64,000 bases of DNA from an uncultured Gemmatimonadales bacterium (lineage in GTDB: Bacteria > Gemmatimonadota > Gemmatimonadetes > Gemmatimonadales > GWC2-71-9): positions 832,001-896,000 of the forward strand of contig CAVZZO010000001.1 of assembly GCA_963779755.1 (NCBI GenBank), written 5' to 3'. The notes beneath the pieces were generated by a model. That model had not been told where the DNA came from, did not search any database, and saw only the letters and a program-made list of their open reading frames with translations. Numbering within the stretch: position 1 is the stretch's first letter; the number at the start of each line of letters is the position of its first letter. Shown piece after piece: positions 18,589 through 27,233 of this stretch. The position numbers were made by a program, and so were the translations under genes.

Positions 18589-19553
18589 CGGGCTCGGGCT
18601 CCTGTAATAGCAGAATCGACAGGCCGGCCTTCGGCGAAGGCAATGATCTGGTCGAAGGCCTGGCCGAAATAAGCTTCGTAACTGTCCTTCTCAACGTAAC
18701 CGAGGTGGGGAGTACAGATCGCGTTTTCCAGCGCGAGCAGGGGATGTGTCGCTCCCAGTACCGGTTCCTCTTCGAATACATCGACCGCGGCGAATCCGGG
18801 ACGGCCGCTCCGGAGTGCGGAGACCAGCGCGCCCGGCTGGATCAGCTCGGCCCGGCTGGTGTTGACCAGCAGAGCATCGGGCCGCATGCGTGCCAGATCT
18901 GACGGGCCGATGCCGCCCCGGGTTTCCGGCCCCAGCTTGAGGTGCAGCGAGAGCACATCGGTGCGCTCGAGCAGCGCCTCCCGGCCCGCCGCCGCCGCGA
19001 TACCCGCCTCACGGGCGCGCGCCAGCGAACCTTCACGGCCCCACGCCAGGACCTCCATGCCGAAGGCGGCCCCGAAACCGGCGACCAGCGCGCCGATCCG
19101 GCCGTAGCCCCAGATCCCGAGCGTGCGGCCGCGCAGCCCGCGGCCCAGGCGGGACTGCCAGCCCCCGGCGCGCAGACGCTCGATCTCGGTGGGCAGGTGC
19201 CGCATGGCGGCCAGGATCAGCGCCCAGGTCAGCTCGGCGGGCGCGTGAGGCGATCCGGTTCCGGCTGTAACCTGCACGCCACGGCGGGCGCAGGCAGCGA
19301 GATCGATATGGCCGGTGCCGCGCCCGGTCTGGGCGATCAGGCGCAGCCGGGGCAGCCGTTCCAGCAGGGGCGCGGTGATCGCCGTCCGCTCCCGGATGAG
19401 TACCAGGGCTTCGGTGGGCGCAAAGCGGCGCGCCAGCTCGTCGAGATCGCGAGTGGTATCGTTGTAGATGGTGACGTCGTGTCCACGCAGGCGGGCGAAA
19501 CATTCGAGCCCGCGCACGGCATCCTGGTAGTCATCGGGAATGACGATGTGCAT
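18585..19553 (-). CDS. D-2-hydroxyacid dehydrogenase family protein
   Basis: DDYQ, IRERT, GYGRIG, LVNTSRA, DVFEEEP, TPHLGY. Confidence 0.92.
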   Translation of the reverse strand: MHIVIPDDYQDAVRGLECFARLRGHDVTIYNDTTRDLDELARRFAPTEALVLIRERTAITAPLLERLPRLRLIAQTGRGTGHIDLAACARRGVQVTAGTGSPHAPAELTWALILAAMRHLPTEIERLRAGGWQSRLGRGLRGRTLGIWGYGRIGALVAGFGAAFGMEVLAWGREGSLARAREAGIAAAAGREALLERTDVLSLHLKLGPETRGGIGPSDLARMRPDALLVNTSRAELIQPGALVSALRSGRPGFAAVDVFEEEPVLGATHPLLALENAICTPHLGYVEKDSYEAYFGQAFDQIIAFAEGRPVDSAITGARAR

Positions 19554-19593
19554 GGCTCCGAATGTAAGGGGGAGCGGAGATCGCCGTCTCGGA

Positions 19594-19959
19594 TCACGGC
19601 GGCAGCAGCGGCTGCAGCCGTTTCGGTGCGGTAAGCCGCCAGGCGTCGCGCAGCAGGTCTTCCAGTTCTGCCCAGCCGGTCTCTCCATCAAGCCAGACGC
19701 CGATCCAGCCGCTGGGCCCGACATAGGGCGGCTTGAAGAACCGGGACGGCGCGGCCCGGACCATCAACGCCTGGTTAGCCGGCAGCGCCTTGACCCAGGC
19801 CGCTTCCCGTCCCTGGCCGTGATGGCTGTCCTTCGAGGCATAGGTGGCGAACAGTTTGTTGCGAACCCGGAATGTCGGTTCGCCCCACGCTTCCACTTCA
19901 TGCGCCTCAGGGAGACGAAGACAGAGACGGCGGAGGCGGGTCAGCGGGCGTAAGGACAT
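19594..19959 (-). CDS. MmcQ/YjbR family protein
   Basis: LCLRLPEA..AWGEPTFRVRNKLFA...FFKPPYVGPSGWIGV...AWRLTAPK. Confidence 0.9.
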   Translation of the reverse strand: MSLRPLTRLRRLCLRLPEAHEVEAWGEPTFRVRNKLFATYASKDSHHGQGREAAWVKALPANQALMVRAAPSRFFKPPYVGPSGWIGVWLDGETGWAELEDLLRDAWRLTAPKRLQPLLPP

Positions 19960-20070
19960 GGCGTGCTCCGGTCGGGAGAAAGCCGACAGGCCCGGAAACG
20001 TGAGCCGGCTCGCGGCCCGGGCGCCGGGAGCCTCCTAACGTGGGACGGACTCGCGCCCCGGAGGCCTGAC

Positions 20071-20427
20071 ATGCAGCTTCAGCGGACGGCCGCACTCGCC
20101 GCCCTTCTTCTCCTCCCCGTTGCCGGCTGTGCCAACCCGCAGGCGAACCCGGCGGTGAGCCCCGCCACGGCTCCCCGCCTGGTGGTGAAGAACCGCTCGG
20201 CGTTCGATATGGACATCTATCTCAACAGCCGGGGTCAGCGGATCCGGCTGGGCATCGCCTCGGCGGACACCACCACGCAGTTCTCTCTCCCCCAGGACCA
20301 GGTGGTGGGTGCGGGGCTCGTCACCTTTCAGGCAGTGCCCATCACCGGCGGCGGCGAATCGTCTTCCACCGAGCCAACCAATGTGCCGCCCGGGGGAGAG
20401 ATTACGCTGGATATCCCGCCTCCGTAG
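20071..20427 (+). CDS. Putative lipoprotein
   Basis: GGAGG SD, signal peptide with VAGC lipobox. Confidence 0.75.
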   Translation: MQLQRTAALAALLLLPVAGCANPQANPAVSPATAPRLVVKNRSAFDMDIYLNSRGQRIRLGIASADTTTQFSLPQDQVVGAGLVTFQAVPITGGGESSSTEPTNVPPGGEITLDIPPP

Positions 20428-20430
20428 CTC

Positions 20431-21003
20431 TCAGTCCTCTCGGCGCGCCCGGCCCTCTCGGTCCTCTCGACCGGTCGAAAGGGTCGAGGGCCGCTCGAGC
20501 AGATATGACGGATGCTGCAGCCCGGTCGGGGGGTAGAATTCTGTCCCGACGCACTGGAAGCCGAGCCTGAGGAGGAGTCGGCGGGAGGCCTCGTTGGCCG
20601 GATGGTGGCCGGCGGAGATCTTTCGCGCGCCCAGATGCTCGAATCCAAACCGCAGCACGGCGCTGCCGGCTTCAGTCCCGAAGCCCTGTCCCCAGCAGCC
20701 CGGCAGCAGCTGTATCCCGAACTCGGGGATCTGCCCGGCAGGCCGGTAGGGACGCAATCCACAACACCCGAGAAACTCCCCGGAGTCCAGCCGGAAGAGC
20801 GGCCAGTACTGCATGCCATATTCCTGCTGCCAGGCGAGTTCTGCCTGCAGCCGTTGTTCGATCTCTTCCGGTGAAAAGACGCCGCGCGCGTGCAGGAGGC
20901 GGGTCACGGCCGGATTGCCCCAGAGGCGTTGCGCCAGCATCCGGTCCTCCGGCTGCCAGCAGCGGAAGCCCAGCCGCGGAGTGCGGAGCAGGAAGGTGCT
21001 CAG
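20431..21003 (-). CDS. RimJ/RimL-like GNAT acetyltransferase (probable CTG start)
   Basis: FLLRTPRLGFRCW N-terminus, FLGCCGL, WGQGFGTEA, HHPANEASRRLL; first canonical ATG is at 20940. Confidence 0.8.
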   Translation of the reverse strand: MSTFLLRTPRLGFRCWQPEDRMLAQRLWGNPAVTRLLHARGVFSPEEIEQRLQAELAWQQEYGMQYWPLFRLDSGEFLGCCGLRPYRPAGQIPEFGIQLLPGCWGQGFGTEAGSAVLRFGFEHLGARKISAGHHPANEASRRLLLRLGFQCVGTEFYPPTGLQHPSYLLERPSTLSTGREDREGRARRED

Positions 21004-21791
21004 CGGCGGACCCGTTCGAAGGCGCCCACGTCCTTATGGTACTGCTGCACCACGGTGGGCTGGGCCGGGTTGGTGTACACCTCGGCGACGGGGTGGGCGA
21101 TCACCTCGGCGATGACGTCGGCAACCTGATCAGCCGTCTGGGCCTGGAGCGGAGTGCCGCCCGGACGGATGACCGGGGCCGGCCCCGAGCCGGGCCCACC
21201 GGCGTTGCGGGCGAATTCGGTCGTCACTACCCCCGGCATCACGATGGTGACATGGACGCCGGGTGCGGTGGACTGGAGATCCATTCGCAGATTGGCGGTG
21301 AGAGAGTTGAGCGCCGCCTTGGCCGCGCTGTACGCCGAGCGGTAGGACGCCAGGGGGATGCGGGCGAGAAAGGACGAGATGTTGATCAGGTGCCCCCGGC
21401 CCTCTCTGACAAAATGCGGCGTCACGGCCTGCATGCCGTAGAGGGCGGACTTGACGTTGACCGCGATCATGTCGTCCAGATCGCGGTCGGTGAGCTCCAG
21501 GACCTGCCGGACGATGCCCCGGCCCGCGTTGTTGATCCACACATCGATGCGGCCGAACGCCTCGAGAGCGGCGTCGCGCAGGCGCTCCACTTCTTCCCGG
21601 CTGGTTACGTCGGTGACCACCGCGCGGGCCCGCGACTCGCCGCCCAGTTCGGTCGCCAGCCGCTCCAGTTCCTTCCGCCGGCGGGCGGCCAGCGCGATGC
21701 GGAATCCCTCGCGGCCCAGCCGCCGGGCGGCGGCCGCCCCGATGCCCGCGCTGGCGCCGGTGATGACGGCGACAGGCGCTTCTCCGGTCAT
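21000..21791 (-). CDS. SDR family oxidoreductase
   Basis: ITGASAGIG, NNAG, NISS, YSAAK; GAGGAG SD. Confidence 0.92.
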   Translation of the reverse strand: MTGEAPVAVITGASAGIGAAAARRLGREGFRIALAARRRKELERLATELGGESRARAVVTDVTSREEVERLRDAALEAFGRIDVWINNAGRGIVRQVLELTDRDLDDMIAVNVKSALYGMQAVTPHFVREGRGHLINISSFLARIPLASYRSAYSAAKAALNSLTANLRMDLQSTAPGVHVTIVMPGVVTTEFARNAGGPGSGPAPVIRPGGTPLQAQTADQVADVIAEVIAHPVAEVYTNPAQPTVVQQYHKDVGAFERVRR

Positions 21792-22015
21792 GGTGTTCTC
21801 CTCGCCCTCCTCGACCGCTCGAGAGAGCCGAGAGGGCTCATTCTCCCTGGCTTCATGACGCACCCTCCTGACCTTCGAAGGTAGTCGAGCTGGGTGTGAC
21901 GGTCGAGCGAATCGGGAGGGGCTACTTGTCGCCGGAGGAAAATTGCGTCGCCTGATCGGTGCGGCCCAGCGCGGTGTATTCGGCGGCGAAGTCTACGGCA
22001 GATGGGAGCAGTCGT

Positions 22016-23773
22016 TCATGTGTAATCGCTGCGGGGAGGTGTTCGTCCCGGCGGCAGGATCTTCCGCGCCAGGGCCCGGCCGATGAACCGCAGGCGGTCG
22101 GGCCAGGCGAACCGCAGCAGGTTGGTCTTCACCACCCCGCGGGTGAACCAGGTGCGGGCTGAGTAATCGATGGCCACATCCACGGCGACCGGCCGCCCCG
22201 CATCCAGGGAGGCCTTGACCTGCTCCAGGATGTCGGGAATCTCGCCGTCGTGCCGCAGCAGCAGGCATTCGAGCCCCACGCCGCGGCAGATCGCGCCCAG
22301 GTCGTAGTCGGGCAGTACGCTCGAGGTCTTCCGGTTCATGGCCGTTTCCTGGAACTGGGCGATCTGCGCCAGCTCCTGGTCACGCAGTACCAACACGGCC
22401 ACCGGCACGCCGTTAACCGCCGCGGTGAGCAGCTCCAGCCCCGTCATCAGGAACGCCCCGTCGCCCGCCAGCGCCGCCACCGGGGTGCCCGGCCGCGCCA
22501 GCGCGGCCCCGATCGCCGCGGGCACGCTGTAGCCCATGCAGGAGTAGTCTACCGGGGCCAGAAAGCGGCCCGGGGCATCGAGCCGCAGCAGCTCCATCGC
22601 CAGGAAGGTGCCGTTGCCGCTGTCGCTGGTGAAGATGGTCTCGGGGCCGAGCCGCTCCTGCAGCGCCGCCAGCAGCCTGGCGGGAGTCACCCGCTGCCTG
22701 GAGGCGTTTTCCTCCCATTCGCGCCGGACTGCGCGGTGTCCCATGGCGATGCGCTCCCGCAGGCGGCTGTCGGGCCGCCGGCGCTCCAGCCGGGGCAGCA
22801 GGGCCGAGACGAACGCGGCCGCGTCGGCGGTCACGGCCAGGGCGGCAGGGTAGTTGGCGCCCGGCACCGCCGGGTCGATATCCACGTGAATCAGGGGCTG
22901 GGGCGGTTCCATGCCGTAGCTGGCAGTGGCCACCTCGCCGAAGCGGCAGCCGATGGCCAGGGTGGCGTCGCAGTCTCCCGCGATTTCCCGGGCGAAGGGC
23001 GGCGCCGCGGCCCCGAAGCCCGGCCACAGGGCCAGCGGGTGCGATTCCGGAAAGACCCCCTTCCCCTGGAAGGTGGTGGCGACCGGCGCATCCAGCAGAT
23101 CGGCCAGGGCGATCAGGTCTCTGCCCGCGCCGGCCGCGCCCAGACCCAGGTAGAGCAGGGGGCGGCGGCTGGCCTGAAGCAGCCGCGCCGCCTCCAGGAC
23201 CTGGGCGTTGCCGGGGGCCGGCGGGGTGATGGGAGCGGGCGGCTCGAGGTCCGCGTCGCTCATCTGGTGCGCGAAGAGGTAGAAGTCGGCGGGGATCTCC
23301 ACCATGACCGGCCCGGGGGCGCCCTCTCGCGCCAGCCGGCAGGCCCTGCGGATGGTGGTGTAGATTTCCGCTCCCCGTTCCGGCCGGAGCTGCGCCTTGG
23401 TGACCGGCCGGGCCATGGCGAGCTGGTCGACATCGTGCAGCTGGTACCGTCGGTCGGTGTCGCGCCGGATGCCGCAGCCCAGCACCAGCATGGGCACGGT
23501 ATCCATGAATGCCTCGGCGATGCCCGACATGGCATGGGTGAGCCCGGCGCCGGGAACGATATTGGCGCAGCCCAGGCGGCCGCTGGCACGCCAGACTGCA
23601 TCGGCCATGAACGAGGCGCTCTGTTCATCGGTGACCAGGATGGGCCGTACGGACTTCGATTCCGCCAGCCCGTCGTAGAGCTCGATGTTGTGGGTGCCCG
23701 GAATGCCGAAGGTGAAGGGAATGCCTTCGTCCTCCAGGGCGCGGACGACCAGCTGGGCTCCGGTGAGTTTCAT
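22016..23773 (-). CDS. Thiamine-pyrophosphate-binding protein (acetolactate synthase-like)
   Basis: FGIPGTHN, DEQSASFMAD, GDGAFLM TPP motif. Confidence 0.92.
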   Translation of the reverse strand: MKLTGAQLVVRALEDEGIPFTFGIPGTHNIELYDGLAESKSVRPILVTDEQSASFMADAVWRASGRLGCANIVPGAGLTHAMSGIAEAFMDTVPMLVLGCGIRRDTDRRYQLHDVDQLAMARPVTKAQLRPERGAEIYTTIRRACRLAREGAPGPVMVEIPADFYLFAHQMSDADLEPPAPITPPAPGNAQVLEAARLLQASRRPLLYLGLGAAGAGRDLIALADLLDAPVATTFQGKGVFPESHPLALWPGFGAAAPPFAREIAGDCDATLAIGCRFGEVATASYGMEPPQPLIHVDIDPAVPGANYPAALAVTADAAAFVSALLPRLERRRPDSRLRERIAMGHRAVRREWEENASRQRVTPARLLAALQERLGPETIFTSDSGNGTFLAMELLRLDAPGRFLAPVDYSCMGYSVPAAIGAALARPGTPVAALAGDGAFLMTGLELLTAAVNGVPVAVLVLRDQELAQIAQFQETAMNRKTSSVLPDYDLGAICRGVGLECLLLRHDGEIPDILEQVKASLDAGRPVAVDVAIDYSARTWFTRGVVKTNLLRFAWPDRLRFIGRALARKILPPGRTPPRSDYT

Positions 23774-23789
23774 GCGGGTCCTCGGCTCA

Positions 23790-23857
23790 CTCGACCCCCT
23801 CAGCCCCCTCGACCTTCTCGACCGGTCGAGGGGGTCGAGGGGGTCGAGAGGGTCGAA
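23790..23857. repeat. 9-mer-based palindrome (CTCGACCCC / GGGGTCGAG family)
   Basis: Tandem 9-mers inverted about CTCGACCGGTCGAG; related copies at ~20428-20490 and ~25351-25400. Confidence 0.85.
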
Positions 23858-25344
23858 TAGTCTTCCAGCACACGTTGAGCCACCCGGTCCGCCAGCGCCA
23901 TCACGGTGAGATACGGATTGATCTCCAGGGAGTCGGGGAACAGGCTCGCGTCCGCCACCCGGAGCCAGGGCAGCCGGTGCACCCGGCCCCAGGCATCGGT
24001 GACCGAGTCGGCGGGACCGGCTCCCATACCGCAGCCGCCCATCAGGTGCGCGGCGGAGATGGAGATCCTGCCGGTCCGGAAGTGTCGCTCCTGGATGAGC
24101 TCGTCGACCCGACCGGCATCGCGCCGCTCGATGAGCGGCGGGTTGGCCGAGGGCGCGTGGACCCGCTCCGCGCCGGCGGCGAAAAAGATCCGGGCGGATG
24201 TCCGGGTGGCCCGCACCAGGGAGGTCACGACTTCGGGCGTAAATCGATAGTGCACCACCGGGTTCCCGGACCGATCGACGCCGACGCGGTTGCCGGGCAC
24301 GGCCTTGTCGCAGGCCAGCACGAGGATCATCTGCAGCCGGGAGAACGATCGCATGAGCGCGCTGTGGTCCGCCCCGAATCCCGTCAGGTTCTTGGCGGTG
24401 GTGAAGGGGAAGTACATGCAGGTCTCGAGCACGTAACCTTCCTCCTCCGCCCGGTCGAGGAAAAACGACTTGGGATGCCCCACGTCGTTGGTAATCGGGT
24501 GGGCATGTTGCGCGACCAGGATGTGCGCCGGGTGAACGGTGAAGCCCTCGCCCACGTGCTCCAGTGCGGCGCTCACCGGCGACCGCAGCAGGAGTGCCGG
24601 CGTTCCCACCGCCCCCGCCGCCACGACGATCACCGGCGCCCGGACGCGGTAGTCTCCCGGTTCCCACTCCGAGGGCCCGCCTTTGGCTCCGGGCGGCCGC
24701 GGGGACACCCGGACGAAGGCCTCCCGCTCGCCCAGGCGCAGCACCTCGGCGCGGGTGACGACCTCCACCCCTTCCCGCTCTGCCGCCGGGAGCTGCACCC
24801 GGTTGGTTCCCATCTTGGCGGCATTGGGGCAGCCCAGATTGCAGAGGCTGCTGCCGCGGCAGCCGCGCACGTTGATGGGGAACTGTTCTGCCGGGAGTCC
24901 CAGGGTCCGGCAGCCTTCGAGAAACAGGCGGTTGTTGTCGTTGATTTCCTGCGGCGGCAGGAGATGGACGTTATTGTCCCGCATGAAGCGGCGGCTTCGC
25001 GCCGCCAGGTCGGCGTGCTCCAGGCCCGGCACGTTCCAGTGGCGGATCACCCGCTCGGGAGCGATGAGCGATGTTCCGGTATAGACCACGGTGCTGCCGC
25101 CGTAGGCCCGGCCGAAGGCGAGCGTCATGGTGCCATCGGCGGTGAGGAACCCGCCGGCGTCCTGGTACAGCGCGTCGGCCATGTCCTGCTCGCGGCCGGT
25201 AAATTCGTCGTCCCCGAGCCGCGGCCCCTGCTCCAGCACCAGCACGCGTTTTCCCTGGCGGGCCAGCGGCGCCAGCGCCGCGGCGACAGTCCCGCCCCCC
25301 GCGCCGGAGCCGACAATGAGAACGTCGCACGTGGCCTGGATCAT
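23800..25344 (-). CDS. GMC family oxidoreductase
   Basis: VGSGAGG, GGSTVV, C..CNLGC, AAGAVGTP, AHLMGGC, ADASLFP...NP.LT. Confidence 0.92.
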   Translation of the reverse strand: MIQATCDVLIVGSGAGGGTVAAALAPLARQGKRVLVLEQGPRLGDDEFTGREQDMADALYQDAGGFLTADGTMTLAFGRAYGGSTVVYTGTSLIAPERVIRHWNVPGLEHADLAARSRRFMRDNNVHLLPPQEINDNNRLFLEGCRTLGLPAEQFPINVRGCRGSSLCNLGCPNAAKMGTNRVQLPAAEREGVEVVTRAEVLRLGEREAFVRVSPRPPGAKGGPSEWEPGDYRVRAPVIVVAAGAVGTPALLLRSPVSAALEHVGEGFTVHPAHILVAQHAHPITNDVGHPKSFFLDRAEEEGYVLETCMYFPFTTAKNLTGFGADHSALMRSFSRLQMILVLACDKAVPGNRVGVDRSGNPVVHYRFTPEVVTSLVRATRTSARIFFAAGAERVHAPSANPPLIERRDAGRVDELIQERHFRTGRISISAAHLMGGCGMGAGPADSVTDAWGRVHRLPWLRVADASLFPDSLEINPYLTVMALADRVAQRVLEDYSTLSTPSTPSTGREGRGG

Positions 25345-25351
25345 GCCACCC

Positions 25352-25777
25352 TCAACCGTCCTGATTCTCTCGACCGCCCGGGCTGGTCGAGGGGGTCGGG
25401 CGCGCGCTCCATCCCTTGGGCGACGCGCGGTATCCTATCTCTTCTCCCGCGGCCGGACGGGCGTAGTATCCCATAAAGATCAACGTTCGCAATCCCCAGA
25501 AGCCCCGGCGCAGGAGCAGCAGAGGTGATTCCTGGAGGCCGGTGAGCAGCCGGGTGCGCCGTCTGCCGTCGAGTGCCGCGAAGGGGCGGCCGTAGCGCGC
25601 CAGCGGCAGCAGCCCGATGGCCCGGATGAAGAGGCGGAGCTGGCGCCGGAGCGCGGGCGGCCGGCTCGCCAGTGCCTGTTCCACCACGGCCTCCAGCTCG
25701 CGCCAGCCGGCCTCATCCAGCCGGCTGGCTTCCGGGACAACGGTCCGGGCAATCGTGCGGAACGGTCTGGGCAGCAT
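25352..25777 (-). CDS. Gluconate 2-dehydrogenase subunit 3-like partner of the GMC enzyme
   Basis: IARTVVP...FAALD..RR..LL...LRTLIFMGYY...IGY; directly upstream of the GMC gene; start uncertain. Confidence 0.7.
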   Translation of the reverse strand: MLPRPFRTIARTVVPEASRLDEAGWRELEAVVEQALASRPPALRRQLRLFIRAIGLLPLARYGRPFAALDGRRRTRLLTGLQESPLLLLRRGFWGLRTLIFMGYYARPAAGEEIGYRASPKGWSARPTPSTSPGGRENQDG

Positions 25778-26030
25778 GCGGTGGCTGGAAAGGTGATGTT
25801 CAGTACCGGTGCTGTCTAATAATAGAGGCGGGAGGGGCAGGACGGGACGAGGGGCGGGGGAGTGATCCAGGTCACCGGCGCAACGCGATGCCGGCCGGCG
25901 CACCGGGCCGGGGATTCTCCCAGATTCCAGCCGTTCAAGGGGCAATGACAACACTCACTCGATGGGTTCAGGGTTCATGGCACTACTGCTGCCGGGCCGG
26001 CTGCATCCGCAACACCAGCGGCGCGCGCTC

Positions 26031-27233
26031 ATGAAGGACCGGCTGCTGGTGGTGGGGGGCGGGCTGGTGGGGTTGGCAACTGCCTGGCAGTACCTGCGCA
26101 CCTTTCCGTCGGGTTCGGTGACGGTGCTGGAGAAGGAACCGGACGTGGCCCGGCACCAGAGCGGCCATAACAGCGGAGTCCTGCACACCGGGCTCTCCTA
26201 CCGGCCGGATTCCCTGAAGGCGCGCCTGGCGGTTACCGGGCTGCGGCGCATGCTGGCGTTCTGCCGCCGCCACGACATCCCTCACGAGGTGTGCGGTAAG
26301 CTGGTGGTGGCCACCCGGAAGTCCGAGCTGCCCCGCCTGCAGGAGCTGCAGTCGCGGGGGCTGCGGAACGGCCTGCGCGGTCTCGAGATCCTTTCCCCTG
26401 AGCGGATCGCCGAATTCGAGCCTCACGCGGGCGGCATTGCCGCCTTGCTGGTGCCGGAGGAGGGCGTGGTGGAATTTCCCGCGGTGGCCCAGGTGCTGAA
26501 GCGCCAGATCGTGGCCCTGGGCGGTGAGGTCGTGACCAGCGCCCCGGTGCTGCGGTTGCAGGGCGGGGCAGGCTGGGTGGCGGAAACCACGGCGGGCAGC
26601 TACCGAGGCACTTTCCTGGTAAACTGCGCCGGCCTGCAGGCCGATCGGGTGGCCCGGCTGGCCGGCGAGCGGCCGCGGATACGGATCGTGCCCTTCCGGG
26701 GCGAATTTTACCGCCTCAGTGGACCCAGCGCGCGCCTGGTCCGGCATCTCATCTATCCGGTCGGGCTTCCCGGCTTTCCATTTCTGGGTGTGCACCTGAC
26801 GCGGCGAGCCGACGGAACGGTCCTGGCCGGACCGAACGCGGTGCTCGCGCTGGCACGGGAAGGGTACCGGCCGGGATCGCTGGTGCTGAAGGACCTGCTC
26901 GAAATGGCCCGGTTCCCGGGCCTCTACCGGTTCGTGCTGGCGCACCCCCGGATGGTATGGCATGAGCTGGTGCAGTCGGCCAGCCGCGATCTCTTTGCCC
27001 GGGCGGTCCGGCGGCTGGTCCCCGAGGTACGGCACGAAGACCTCGCACCCGGGGGCACCGGGGTCAGGGCGCAGGCCATGACGCCGCGGGGAACCCTGGT
27101 GCAGGATTTTGTGCTGCTCAGGCGGTCCGATGCGCTGCACGTGCTCAACGCGCCCAGCCCCGCCGCTACGGCCTCGCTGTCGATCGCGCGCGAGATCGTC
27201 CGGCATATCGCGCTGCTCGCTTCCGCCTCATGA
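26031..27233 (+). CDS. lhgO: L-2-hydroxyglutarate oxidase
   Basis: GGGLVGLA, HQSGHNSGVLHTG, CGKLVVA, NCAGLQADR, PFRGE, FPFLGVHLT, GVRAQA, NAPSPAATAS. Confidence 0.9.
   Translation: MKDRLLVVGGGLVGLATAWQYLRTFPSGSVTVLEKEPDVARHQSGHNSGVLHTGLSYRPDSLKARLAVTGLRRMLAFCRRHDIPHEVCGKLVVATRKSELPRLQELQSRGLRNGLRGLEILSPERIAEFEPHAGGIAALLVPEEGVVEFPAVAQVLKRQIVALGGEVVTSAPVLRLQGGAGWVAETTAGSYRGTFLVNCAGLQADRVARLAGERPRIRIVPFRGEFYRLSGPSARLVRHLIYPVGLPGFPFLGVHLTRRADGTVLAGPNAVLALAREGYRPGSLVLKDLLEMARFPGLYRFVLAHPRMVWHELVQSASRDLFARAVRRLVPEVRHEDLAPGGTGVRAQAMTPRGTLVQDFVLLRRSDALHVLNAPSPAATASLSIAREIVRHIALLASAS

Noticed and set aside
21922..22015. Possible remnant frame (..FAAEYTALGRTDQATQFSSGDK*) on the minus strand
   Set aside because: Too short, with no start or recognisable family
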